Shown: piece by piece, positions 16,787 to 25,853 of the stretch
How positions within the stretch are numbered: position 1 is the stretch's first letter
Layout of the letters: the number at the start of each line of letters is the position of its first letter
IMG/VR virus record: IMGVR_UViG_3300032320_001476
Location: 1 to 40,019 of that record
Length of the DNA stretch: 40,019 bases
Strand: one strand, 5' to 3'
Source of the DNA: a virus
Taxonomy: Duplodnaviria > Caudoviricetes
Position numbers and translations under genes: made by a program
Notes under the pieces: model-generated
Seen by the model: only the letters and a program-made list of their open reading frames with translations
Database searches by the model: none
Told to the model about the DNA's origin: nothing

Positions 16787-16912
16787 TGAGAAGTGGCCAA
16801 GCCACTTCTGCATTTCATCATTATTAGATATCATGGCCGCAGGAGCCATGAATTTAAACTGTAGCATCAACCATACTGAATAATCAATCCACCAATCTAT
16901 TGGAGTATACAT
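16745..16912 (-). CDS. 55-aa hypothetical protein MYTPIDWWIDYSVWLML...
   Basis: Read manually; TAATG coupling to the cyclase stop. Confidence 0.45.
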   Translation of the reverse strand: MYTPIDWWIDYSVWLMLQFKFMAPAAMISNNDEMQKWLGHFSLNGIKSSNLCKPN

Positions 16913-18963
16913 TATTTTTCGTGAGCGATAAACTCACCGTTCCAGTTAGGACCTAGATCCTGTTGTTTCATAAACTCGCAACGTTCAATCCACATCTTGT
17001 AGTACTTGTCCATTTTTCCATCAAATTCTGATTTAAGTTCTTCGCACAATTCAATTGCCGAATCAAACTTCTGCGCCCGGTACAGTTTGTGCATTTTGTT
17101 ATGCGTTTCTTGTGCCATTAAATATTCTGTCATTGCGCCGGCATTAGTATTAAGTACTGTATAGATTAAGTCTGCTACTGTTTTGCCTTTTGGTTGTAAG
17201 TTATCTAGTAACAAATAGAAGAAATCGTCTTTGGTTCTGTTGTATGTTTCTGCTCCAACAATGGCCAGCACACCGTATGCTTTGCAACGTGCTTCTAAAC
17301 GTGCGGCTGTGCTAACCATGTCACCTAAGATATCGTAACTGTGTCTATCAGTTGAACCCATTTCACCAATGAAGCCAATGCCCGAGTTACAACCCCAACC
17401 CATTGCGGCTGGTGGTAATCCTTGTGCTTCCATCAGTTTGCTATACTCGTCTACTGCATCTAACATCTGTAGACCAACAGCAACAATAGTTCTTGCATGA
17501 TTAGGATCCTCAATAGGAGCACCATGTATGTGCATTGACGCATCACCCACATATTTGATAACCATACCTTTGTTGTCCATGATAGGACGACTAATAGCAT
17601 CCATATAACCGTTCATATATTTGCCTAAGCCAGCAACGTCATCACCATAGTGTTCACCGATTGGAGTAAAGCCACGTAGGTCACTGAACATAACACTTAC
17701 GTCTTTACGTACACCACGCTTAATAAGTTCTGGATCTTTTTGTAGCATTTCTACTACTTCCTTAGAACAATAACCTGCGAACTGTTTCTTAATAGCCTGC
17801 TTCTGTAAAAACTCGCTTATAAACTTAACGCCATAACAATGAAGAGCAACAATAATAAGGCCAAACGTGATTGCAGTCGCGTCTGCCAAGACGAGCCAAT
17901 TATTGAAAGCGTAGATAGTACCAGGAATGATGGCACCAATAATAACCACAGTAGCACCAATGCCAACATAAGTCCACCTCGATAGGAAAATTAATAATAT
18001 GCCGAGCCCTACTAATGCTAGAATTTCAGCGCCGCCGGCATAGTCAGGTCGTTGAATTGTTACACCATTAAACATTGTGCCTAATACTGCGGCCTGAACA
18101 TCTTGAGGCCATGTTCCTGCTATAGGACTAGGAACAGGATTACCTAAACCTGTAGCGGCAACGCCCACAATAACTACAGCACCGGCAAAGTCTTTAGGCA
18201 AGTTTACTGCTGACACTGATTTAGAACGTTGACTCCAGTCAATCCATACACGACCTTTTTCGTCTGTAGCAATAGGACCAAACTTAGGGATACGCATTTT
18301 CTCAACACCACCTTCAAACAACTTAATCTGTGTTGTTGAATCTCCTGCGGCCACTCGTAATGCTTCCATAGCAATACTAGGATACACTACACCGTCAACA
18401 GCAATGACTAAAGGCATTCGTCTTACTACGTTGTCATTCTCTGGATCAGTATGAATAGTTCCTGTTCCGACAGCACGACTTTCAAGCATAGGCACGTTGG
18501 CCATTATACCAGCATACTGTGTTATTTGATTAGCATACTCATTCTTAATTACCGCTGTGCTAGGATTGCGTGGAGTATTCTTATTTTTATTTTCCGGAGT
18601 GTTTGGCAGTATCACAGGAAACTTATTCATAATTTCTGCTAACACACGATCCTTGCCAAATCTATCTTCTTCTGACAGTAGTATGTTAAAAACAACTAGT
18701 CCTGCGTTACGCTTATACAAGTCTTCAATTATCTTAGCGTAAACATCTCTAGGGAAAGGATACTGCCCATACTTGGCTATTGTATCTTCGTCTATGTTTA
18801 CTGTATAGATATTATTTTCAGTAGGCGCTTTGGCCGTTATTAATTCATCAAAATATTTCAAACGAACATTTTCAACAAATGAAGGATCTGCAACACGTAT
18901 GCCCACTACTAACGCTAGGGTTAATAGTGCAGTCCATGGGCTTGTAAGTATTTTTCTCAGCAT
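16912..18963 (-). CDS. CHASE2-domain class III adenylate/guanylate cyclase
   Basis: VNIDE...GQYPFPR CHASE2, three TMs, MFSDLRGFT, KYVGDA, GDMVSTAARLE. Confidence 0.92.
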   Translation of the reverse strand: MLRKILTSPWTALLTLALVVGIRVADPSFVENVRLKYFDELITAKAPTENNIYTVNIDEDTIAKYGQYPFPRDVYAKIIEDLYKRNAGLVVFNILLSEEDRFGKDRVLAEIMNKFPVILPNTPENKNKNTPRNPSTAVIKNEYANQITQYAGIMANVPMLESRAVGTGTIHTDPENDNVVRRMPLVIAVDGVVYPSIAMEALRVAAGDSTTQIKLFEGGVEKMRIPKFGPIATDEKGRVWIDWSQRSKSVSAVNLPKDFAGAVVIVGVAATGLGNPVPSPIAGTWPQDVQAAVLGTMFNGVTIQRPDYAGGAEILALVGLGILLIFLSRWTYVGIGATVVIIGAIIPGTIYAFNNWLVLADATAITFGLIIVALHCYGVKFISEFLQKQAIKKQFAGYCSKEVVEMLQKDPELIKRGVRKDVSVMFSDLRGFTPIGEHYGDDVAGLGKYMNGYMDAISRPIMDNKGMVIKYVGDASMHIHGAPIEDPNHARTIVAVGLQMLDAVDEYSKLMEAQGLPPAAMGWGCNSGIGFIGEMGSTDRHSYDILGDMVSTAARLEARCKAYGVLAIVGAETYNRTKDDFFYLLLDNLQPKGKTVADLIYTVLNTNAGAMTEYLMAQETHNKMHKLYRAQKFDSAIELCEELKSEFDGKMDKYYKMWIERCEFMKQQDLGPNWNGEFIAHEK

Positions 18964-18977
18964 GAATTATTTATCGT

Positions 18978-19003
18978 AAAAAAAGCACCCGAAGGTGCTT
19001 TTT
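18978..19003. terminator. Intrinsic terminator
   Basis: AAAAAAAGCACC-CGAA-GGTGCTTTTT. Confidence 0.8.
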
Positions 19004-19016
19004 AAACTGTGGATTT

Positions 19017-21368
19017 TTAGAACATCCACTTGAACATTGCTTGAACCATATTGTTTACAACACCGTTCTGACGTTGCTGTACAATGTTAACACTACCAGT
19101 CGCCGCTTCTTTTGGAGAAAAACTTGCGCCTATTTTAGCAGTTGTAATATCAGTAGTTGTTTGGCTAACTTCTGCTAGAAGGTTAATTTTATTAGCAACC
19201 TTGTGATCATAACGTATACCTGCTTCTCCAACTGTGTTAGTTTTATTAACACCATCAAAAGTCATAGATGTTAAACTACTACCTGCTTCAGTAAATCCCG
19301 AACGGCTGTTATTTTCAACTCTTACACCAGCAAACGGACGGAAGCCTTTCATCTCTGGAGTGTAAAGTCTATTGTTGATCCAATAGTCTTGTCCACTAGT
19401 CTTACCGTTGTTAGAATAGCCTAATTCTCTGATGCTATGATAGTTTCTAAAATCGTTTTGAGCAAAGCCTACGTCTGTTTTTAATAGCCATTCATTCATG
19501 TTGTACAAACTGTAAACACCAACGTGGTTCTTAATCATTGAACCACCTGCCTGGTCACCTGTTAAGTTTCCAGTAACGTAGTTGTACTGTGCGCCGACAA
19601 TCCAATTGCCTTTGATTTTCTTTTCGTGTCCAATACCATAACGTTGTGTAGACATACTGTATGTGTCACTGGTATTACTACGCTGACCGTCGATTATCAT
19701 GTAAGTCCAGCCCTTCTCTTCATTACCTATTAAGTTAGTAGTAGTTGAAAGAGTTTCGCCGTTACCACGATGACGATTTAATACATCGCTGTCTAATGTC
19801 ATGTTAATACGTGTATTGGCTTTTTCCAAATAATCCATTTGGTCGATGCGTGTATTAAACGTGTTTGTAACTGCGGCTGTTTGTACATCGTTAACTGTGT
19901 TTAAAGTAGTTGTAGTAGTATTACCAGTTGTAGTAGTTGTAACTACTTCGTCAACGGTTGTACTAGTTGTTACGCCGTTAACTGTAGTGTTAGTTGTTAC
20001 TGGAGTTGTAGTAGTAGTTGTACGTGTCCACGGTGTAACTGTTGTAGTTGTAGTGTTTACAGGAGTTGTAGTTGTAGTTGTAAAGATTTGATTTACAGAC
20101 AAAGTCTTAGTACCTTGTGCGCCACGCTCTCTTGTTTCAACTGTAACTGTTACAGGTGTGCCTCTTGTTACAACATCTGTAGATGTTGCTGTGCCGTTAA
20201 CTGTTGATTCAGCAACTACACTAGTTCCACGACTTGTTGTTATAACTGGCGCGGTATTTAAACTTGATGTCGCACCTGTAGTACCTGGGTTAGCAACTGT
20301 TCCGTCACCAGTATCACTACTTGTTACTGTACTTGCGCTGTTGTAATAATACTTAACTTCTGATACTTGAACGCTATTACAATTTTCATTGCCTAACCAT
20401 CCGCCGCCATAGCCTGCTACGCAAGATGATACGCTAGAGTATTGATCCAATGCCTTTGTAGAATCAAATGTAATAAAGTAGTAGACATAAGCATTAGTGT
20501 TAGTAACAGCAATGTCGCTTGATGTTGTAAAACGACTGTTACTTAATGTGATGCTTTGTGCATTAGCAATGGTAGTCCATGTTTTTCCATCGTTAGATCC
20601 AAACAAACTAAACTTGCTAGGGTCACGTGGAGAATAATCATTAGCAGTTGTGATTGTAAACTTTTCAATCACACGACCTTGATCTAGTTTGATTGTAAAG
20701 CCAGCACTAGCACGATCAAAGTTCAAATACTTTGTACTTGAGTTACCGTCGATTACATTTGTTGCGCCTTCACCTGCTGGACTATTGTTACTAGTTGGAG
20801 TAACTTGAACAACATTGGCACTAGTAATTGCTGTGTAGGTTGGTGTTACTGGAGCAGGTGTAGAACTTGCTGTCTGTCCTGAACTTAATGGTGTAGTACT
20901 TGCCCATGAGTAACTGGTTGTTTCGCTTGTAGTTACAGTTCTATCCATACTGGTAAATGTCCCATTCTGTCCGTATGAATAACCTGCACTAGTTGTAATA
21001 ACTGTTCCAAAGAATCCACTACCTACATAAAAAATAGCATCTGGGCCAATGGCTTGTAGTGTTCCTGTGTTGTGTACAATGCTTGCTCTTGTGCCATCTG
21101 CATTATACACACCTAACCCGTATGTTCCTGGATTAGTTGTAGAATTAAAGAACTTAAAATATTGCCCTGTTGTTAGTGTAGGGTGTGTAAAGTTCATGTC
21201 ATACGGTGCAATAAAACTTGAAGCATTTAATGTATTGCCGCTCCAATAGTATTGAACATCAAATATTTGGTTAACACCAAATTGCCCATCAGCAATGTCA
21301 GCGTGTGCTGATAAGGCACCGATAGAAAGTAGTAAGGCCGCGAGGACCTTATTAAGTTTTAGACGCAT
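19017..21368 (-). CDS. Autotransporter-like outer-membrane protein: signal peptide, discoidin (F5/8C)-like domain, Thr-rich stalk, C-terminal beta-barrel
   Basis: NVIDGNSSTKY...TTANDYSPRDP..FSLFGSNDGKTW; poly-Thr tract; RPFAGVR..GFTEAG barrel; terminal Phe. Confidence 0.75.
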   Translation of the reverse strand: MRLKLNKVLAALLLSIGALSAHADIADGQFGVNQIFDVQYYWSGNTLNASSFIAPYDMNFTHPTLTTGQYFKFFNSTTNPGTYGLGVYNADGTRASIVHNTGTLQAIGPDAIFYVGSGFFGTVITTSAGYSYGQNGTFTSMDRTVTTSETTSYSWASTTPLSSGQTASSTPAPVTPTYTAITSANVVQVTPTSNNSPAGEGATNVIDGNSSTKYLNFDRASAGFTIKLDQGRVIEKFTITTANDYSPRDPSKFSLFGSNDGKTWTTIANAQSITLSNSRFTTSSDIAVTNTNAYVYYFITFDSTKALDQYSSVSSCVAGYGGGWLGNENCNSVQVSEVKYYYNSASTVTSSDTGDGTVANPGTTGATSSLNTAPVITTSRGTSVVAESTVNGTATSTDVVTRGTPVTVTVETRERGAQGTKTLSVNQIFTTTTTTPVNTTTTTVTPWTRTTTTTTPVTTNTTVNGVTTSTTVDEVVTTTTTGNTTTTTLNTVNDVQTAAVTNTFNTRIDQMDYLEKANTRINMTLDSDVLNRHRGNGETLSTTTNLIGNEEKGWTYMIIDGQRSNTSDTYSMSTQRYGIGHEKKIKGNWIVGAQYNYVTGNLTGDQAGGSMIKNHVGVYSLYNMNEWLLKTDVGFAQNDFRNYHSIRELGYSNNGKTSGQDYWINNRLYTPEMKGFRPFAGVRVENNSRSGFTEAGSSLTSMTFDGVNKTNTVGEAGIRYDHKVANKINLLAEVSQTTTDITTAKIGASFSPKEAATGSVNIVQQRQNGVVNNMVQAMFKWMF

Positions 21369-21433
21369 GGTTTTCGCTCCCGGTTAGTCTGGTACTGTAT
21401 TTACTCAGTAATGATTATAACTTAAATTACCGG

Positions 21434-22537
21434 TTAATTCTGTGTTATAGTTAGTGTACTAGTTGAGCCTTTATTCACATTTTGAATAATAGTCTGCCCA
21501 TCTTGTATTAAAGTAAATGTTACATTCTTTGTTGTGTCAAATGTTGCTGTGGCGTTATGTGAACCTGCTTTATACAGTGTTACCTTAGTTTGATCATCGT
21601 TAAAGTAATAGTTTAGTCCCATTGCTTTATTAGAATTGTATCCTGGTAGTATTGGATTGTCTAATTCGTCACTAAGTAACGAAGCGTTTTGCCTATCTAA
21701 TTCGTTTTGTGCATAAAAATCTAACAGGTCAGCATTAAGGTCATTTCTATCTAATGCTTTGTTGTCATCTAACTTATTAGTATCCAATGCTGTATACTTT
21801 AATAAGTCAACATCAAGAGCATTAAAGTCTAGTAGACCTTTTTCTTTCTTAGCAATACCTGCGTGTGTGTCTTCGTGTACTTCTGGCGGCTTACTGATAA
21901 TCAACATATTGTTAATGTTGGCTTGATCAATTTTAATTACAGTTGGAGTACTCGGTGGGGAACTTAATGAATTTACCAGTGTTGCTTGATATGGAACATC
22001 TAACAATACTACTCCTGCTAGATTGCTGACTTCAATTGCACCTGTAACACAACCACCTTTAGGATCACAACTAGGAAGTAGCATAATTAAACTACGTCCT
22101 AGTTCGTCCACAGTCATTGAAAAATCTGTGCCTCGTACAGCAATACTAGCAGTGGGTGTTTTTATTGCTACCTGCTGGGGATTATTTTTAGCGATCTGTC
22201 CGCTGGCATAACGTGCAGTACCTAACGCCATATTTAAGGCTAATTTGCCCGAACCCTTCTTTGGATCATAGACAAAGTCATCTATTACCATCTTACTATG
22301 CTCTGTGAGTTTAACTGTAGTTTTATCTTCAAAGGTTAGTTCTGCGCGAGCCTTCGCAGTACTAACCGTATCATTCATCTCTACGCCTGTGTTTAAGCTC
22401 GAAGGGATACTTTTTTTATCCCTTAGTATTTCTGTTGGACCAGTCTGTTCAGTAACCTTGCCTACGCCGGCATGGCTATTAATCGGACTGAGTAATAGAA
22501 ATATTATTGCTAGAGCCGTTGCTGGTAATAACTGCAT
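21434..22537 (-). CDS. FecR-domain periplasmic protein
   Basis: Signal peptide; LTFEDKTTVKLTEHSKMVID, IKTPTASIAVRGTDF. Confidence 0.85.
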   Translation of the reverse strand: MQLLPATALAIIFLLLSPINSHAGVGKVTEQTGPTEILRDKKSIPSSLNTGVEMNDTVSTAKARAELTFEDKTTVKLTEHSKMVIDDFVYDPKKGSGKLALNMALGTARYASGQIAKNNPQQVAIKTPTASIAVRGTDFSMTVDELGRSLIMLLPSCDPKGGCVTGAIEVSNLAGVVLLDVPYQATLVNSLSSPPSTPTVIKIDQANINNMLIISKPPEVHEDTHAGIAKKEKGLLDFNALDVDLLKYTALDTNKLDDNKALDRNDLNADLLDFYAQNELDRQNASLLSDELDNPILPGYNSNKAMGLNYYFNDDQTKVTLYKAGSHNATATFDTTKNVTFTLIQDGQTIIQNVNKGSTSTLTITQN

Positions 22538-23156
22538 TCTTAGTTAGTGCTCCACTCTGTGTTAATGTTACTGCGTTGGCAAGTTGACTTGTTCCATTAC
22601 CACTAACGGTGATCTCTCCCGAATGCTGTCCTACACCAGATGCAGTATGAGTTACGTTATTGTAATTTCCATTAATAGCGATTTTACTTTGTACAACTCC
22701 TCCGCTGAGTGTTTGAACGGTATTGTTATTATTACCAGTTATTTCAGATCTAATAATACTAGCATTACAACTTGAACTTAATGCAGTACCGCAACCAATA
22801 GTTTGAGTATTGTTGCTACCATCTGCTGAAACTACCACAGTGGATCCTGTTCCGTTACTTTCGTTGTTTATAATCATGCTAACAATGTTGCCAGCACCGA
22901 TTTGGCTAATGGTTACATTATTAAGGTCGCCCTTAATTAATGCCGCATCATCCACGTTGCCGCTTCCGCCAACGTTGCCGTTAACCATATTTCCTGCGCC
23001 TGTCTGTGTAATAGACACAGAGGAATTATCACCAATCTGTTCTACATACACGTCATTTGCAAACGCTCCCGATGACATCATCCCAGATGCCATTAGAATT
23101 GCGAGTAATTTTCTCGACAACTCGCCACCGCCTTTGATTCTTTTCTTCATTTTCAT
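22479..23156 (-). CDS. Curlin-like (CsgA/CsgB-type) repeat protein
   Basis: Signal peptide; repeats of N-x-V-x-I-x-Q-x-G-x-x-N; downstream of csgG; start uncertain. Confidence 0.7.
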   Translation of the reverse strand: MKMKKRIKGGGELSRKLLAILMASGMMSSGAFANDVYVEQIGDNSSVSITQTGAGNMVNGNVGGSGNVDDAALIKGDLNNVTISQIGAGNIVSMIINNESNGTGSTVVVSADGSNNTQTIGCGTALSSSCNASIIRSEITGNNNNTVQTLSGGVVQSKIAINGNYNNVTHTASGVGQHSGEITVSGNGTSQLANAVTLTQSGALTKNAVITSNGSSNNISITQSD

Positions 23157-23238
23157 CGCTCCAGGTGCAAGTTAAAGTTTGTTAATGCACCCAATTTTAA
23201 GTTTAATAAGTTAATTCCCTTCCGCGCTCTCTCTCAAT

Positions 23239-24447
23239 TTAAGGTTTGTGAAGTGAAAGCACGTCAGCCTTCACAAAACCTTTCCTTTTTTCTTCGTCTT
23301 GTACAAAAAACCAATCTGCTGTTTCTGCTTTAAGAACGGTCATTTGTGTTCCTTTCTTTAATAACCAAGTACGCTGACTTTTCTCATTTGCTTCTTTGTA
23401 TACAAATGTATCTTTAGTCAAGTATCGTGGTTCAGATGTTTCTATATTGGGCTTTAATCCTTGATTAGTTATTATTGGTTTTAATTCTGCCTTTGCTGTT
23501 GAATCTATTTCTGGTCCTTGGTCTTTGATCTTACTTTCTGCTTTGATTCCTTCATTATCTTTTCCGACGCTGGGCTCGACCTGTGTGGCAGATGTGGGCT
23601 CGGCGCTTCTTTTGGATACTTCGACGGTTTGTGGTTGAACCAACTCATTTTTCTTCTCCTCTAAAACAACAGGTTTCTTATATCTCCATAATCCTTTCTT
23701 TTGACCTTCAGTAATCATATCGTACACAGCCTGTTCAATGGCTATGCGAACAGCATAGGTTGTTGGTTCATTTAATGCTTGACCATTTTCTAACTCCAAC
23801 GCTTTAGTTCCTGCGTCTACAAAACGCAGTACACCGACGTTGTGTTGTGTGCTATAGATAGTTTTACTGACAGCGTTAGTAATTAAAATTTCGCCACTGT
23901 TTACACTGATTAATCTTAGACTTATAACAATCTCATCAACACGATATTGTTGGCTTCCACCGATGCCTAAAAATCTAGCACCGTTACCGCCACTTCGTAT
24001 ATTACTGTCGTAACCGATAATACCGCCTTCAATCATTACGCCAGCAACTGTCATCGGTTTAAGGGGCTTGGCATCTTTACCTTCATAAACTTCCCGTTGG
24101 TTGCGAATCAATTGTCTTTCTTTAATCAGGTTATCTAGTCCGACACGTTCGACCACCTTAAACCAATTCTTTGAGTCCTGAAGTGATTTAATTAAAAATA
24201 CTTCAGCACCTTGTGTCACAGCCTTACTAAAGACTGCTAATTTGTCATTGGGCTTCATCTGTCCCGTTTTATCTTGGAATCCATATACTGCAATAGTAAT
24301 TGGGGGTCCATCTAAATCTGGTAATTTAGTAATTAAATTTTCTCGTGGTTGTAATGCCACAGGTTCTTCTTTTGAGGCTTCCATGTGTATGGTAGCACAC
24401 CCAGACAGTGCTGTTGCAATCAACATCGATAATAAAAGTTTTTTCAT
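23239..24447 (-). CDS. csgG: Curli secretion channel CsgG-family lipoprotein with C-terminal SH3-like extension
   Basis: Lipobox LSGC, FQDKTGQ, AVTQGA, VVERVGLDNLIKERQLIR, EGGIIGYDSN..SGGNGARFLGIG. Confidence 0.9.
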   Translation of the reverse strand: MKKLLLSMLIATALSGCATIHMEASKEEPVALQPRENLITKLPDLDGPPITIAVYGFQDKTGQMKPNDKLAVFSKAVTQGAEVFLIKSLQDSKNWFKVVERVGLDNLIKERQLIRNQREVYEGKDAKPLKPMTVAGVMIEGGIIGYDSNIRSGGNGARFLGIGGSQQYRVDEIVISLRLISVNSGEILITNAVSKTIYSTQHNVGVLRFVDAGTKALELENGQALNEPTTYAVRIAIEQAVYDMITEGQKKGLWRYKKPVVLEEKKNELVQPQTVEVSKRSAEPTSATQVEPSVGKDNEGIKAESKIKDQGPEIDSTAKAELKPIITNQGLKPNIETSEPRYLTKDTFVYKEANEKSQRTWLLKKGTQMTVLKAETADWFFVQDEEKRKGFVKADVLSLHKP

Positions 24448-24899
24448 TAGAATGCAAAGCTCGCTATAGGTACGGTGATCTCTGTACGACCACCATTAGG
24501 TTCTATAATAGTAAGAGTAACGTCTGTGCCAGTTTTAACCCAACTAATATTAGTACCTTGGAAATTCATTGATCCGCTAGTTCCTCCGCCTTCGGAAAAC
24601 ATTTGATCTGCTAGTTGTTTAGATAGTTGTGCGTAGATACGTGCTTCTACGTTAACTAAGAATTTAGATAAGTTTGTTTGTTTTGCGGCTGCTTCTGCCT
24701 TGGCTATGGCAGCGGCCTCTTCTGCTTTAATTTCTTTCTTCTTGTTCTCTTCCATTTGATAGATAGTGAGAACGTGCTGGCTAAAACCATTACCAGGAAT
24801 AAAGGCAGGACTTTGAAAATTATGTATTAATTCTGCGTTGGCCAAAGTGGCTGTTGTGCATAATATAATGCCGGCAGACTTTAGTATAAGTTTATTCAT
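24447..24899 (-). CDS. csgF: CsgF-like curli assembly protein
   Basis: Mature N-terminus ELIHNFQSPAF..GNG; directly upstream of csgG. Confidence 0.7.
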   Translation of the reverse strand: MNKLILKSAGIILCTTATLANAELIHNFQSPAFIPGNGFSQHVLTIYQMEENKKKEIKAEEAAAIAKAEAAAKQTNLSKFLVNVEARIYAQLSKQLADQMFSEGGGTSGSMNFQGTNISWVKTGTDVTLTIIEPNGGRTEITVPIASFAF

Positions 24900-24969
24900 T
24901 TTTGATTCGCTCCCGATACTCGGTATTAGTATTTAACTCTGAACTTATATAATTAAAATAGTAGATAAT

Positions 24970-24998
24970 AAAAAAGGGCTCCGAAGAGCCCTTTTTTT
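24970..24998. terminator. Bidirectional intrinsic terminator
   Basis: AAAAAAGGGCTC-CGAA-GAGCCCTTTTTTT. Confidence 0.85.
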
Positions 24999-25015
24999 GT
25001 TAACTAAAGTATTAG

Positions 25016-25705
25016 TTATTTTTTATCACCAAATAATTGTAGTAAATTAATGAACAAATTAATAAAATCCATATAAAGAGTTAATGCACCGGTTACTTCA
25101 ATTGCGGGGTTAGAGTCAACACTTACCATTTCACGAATTTGTTGTGTATCGTAAGCAGTTAATCCTAAGAAGATAATAATTGCCAATGCACTAATAACAG
25201 TTGCCATTACACTACTACCAATAAAGATGTTAACAATGCTGGCAATAACAATAGCAATCAATCCAATGAACATAAACTGTCCAAGACTTTCTAGACTACG
25301 TTTGGTAAAGTAACCATAAAAGCTCATAGTACCAAACAAAATTGCCGCACCCATAAAGGCACTAAAAATACTGCCCATGGTAAAGATAGCAAAGATTGTG
25401 GCAAAACTTAAACCCATTAACGCCGCAAATCCATGCAAACATAATTGAGCAACTTCTTTGCTGGGGTTATTTCCTAATACCATACTAATACCAAAAATAG
25501 CAACTAGTGGTGCAAAAATTACAATCCATTTCATTACACCCGTAAAAAAGAATTGTAACAGTTCAGGGCTAGTACCTACAAGGTAACTAACAATCATCGA
25601 TACAATAACTGCTAGGCTCATATGTCCGTAGACGCGACCCATTGCACTATTGATTTCTCCTGCTGAACGATAAACGCCAACACCCGTATAACTTGAACCA
25701 AACAT
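25016..25705 (-). CDS. Bax inhibitor-1/YccA family membrane protein
   Basis: About 7 TMs; GLTAYDTQ, ALTLYMDFINLF. Confidence 0.92.
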   Translation of the reverse strand: MFGSSYTGVGVYRSAGEINSAMGRVYGHMSLAVIVSMIVSYLVGTSPELLQFFFTGVMKWIVIFAPLVAIFGISMVLGNNPSKEVAQLCLHGFAALMGLSFATIFAIFTMGSIFSAFMGAAILFGTMSFYGYFTKRSLESLGQFMFIGLIAIVIASIVNIFIGSSVMATVISALAIIIFLGLTAYDTQQIREMVSVDSNPAIEVTGALTLYMDFINLFINLLQLFGDKK

Positions 25706-25726
25706 AAGTTTCTCCTGCGGTTAAAT

Positions 25727-25802
25727 TGGTGCCCCTTGTCCGACTCGAACAGACCACCTACTGATTACAAATCAGTTGCTCTACCAGATGAGCTAAAGGG
25801 GC
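25727..25802 (-). tRNA. tRNA-Thr(TGT)
   Basis: 76-nt cloverleaf GCCCCTT...ACTGA-TTTGTAA-TCAGT...AAGGGGC-ACCA; promoter TTGACA-N18-TATAAT at 25842-25813. Confidence 0.95.
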
Positions 25803-25853
25803 ATATAACTATATTATATATTATTGTTGACGGAAATGTCAATAGGTTTTGGT

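Noticed and set aside
19846-20346. GTT/GTA-rich repetitive tract and Val-rich plus-strand ORFs
   Set aside because: Reverse complement of the Thr-rich stalk of the autotransporter; not a CRISPR array or a separate gene
6767-24990. Identical 14-mer GGCTCCGAAGAGCC at 6767-6780 and 24977-24990
   Set aside because: Both are UUCG terminator hairpins; no evidence for att sites or mobile-element ends
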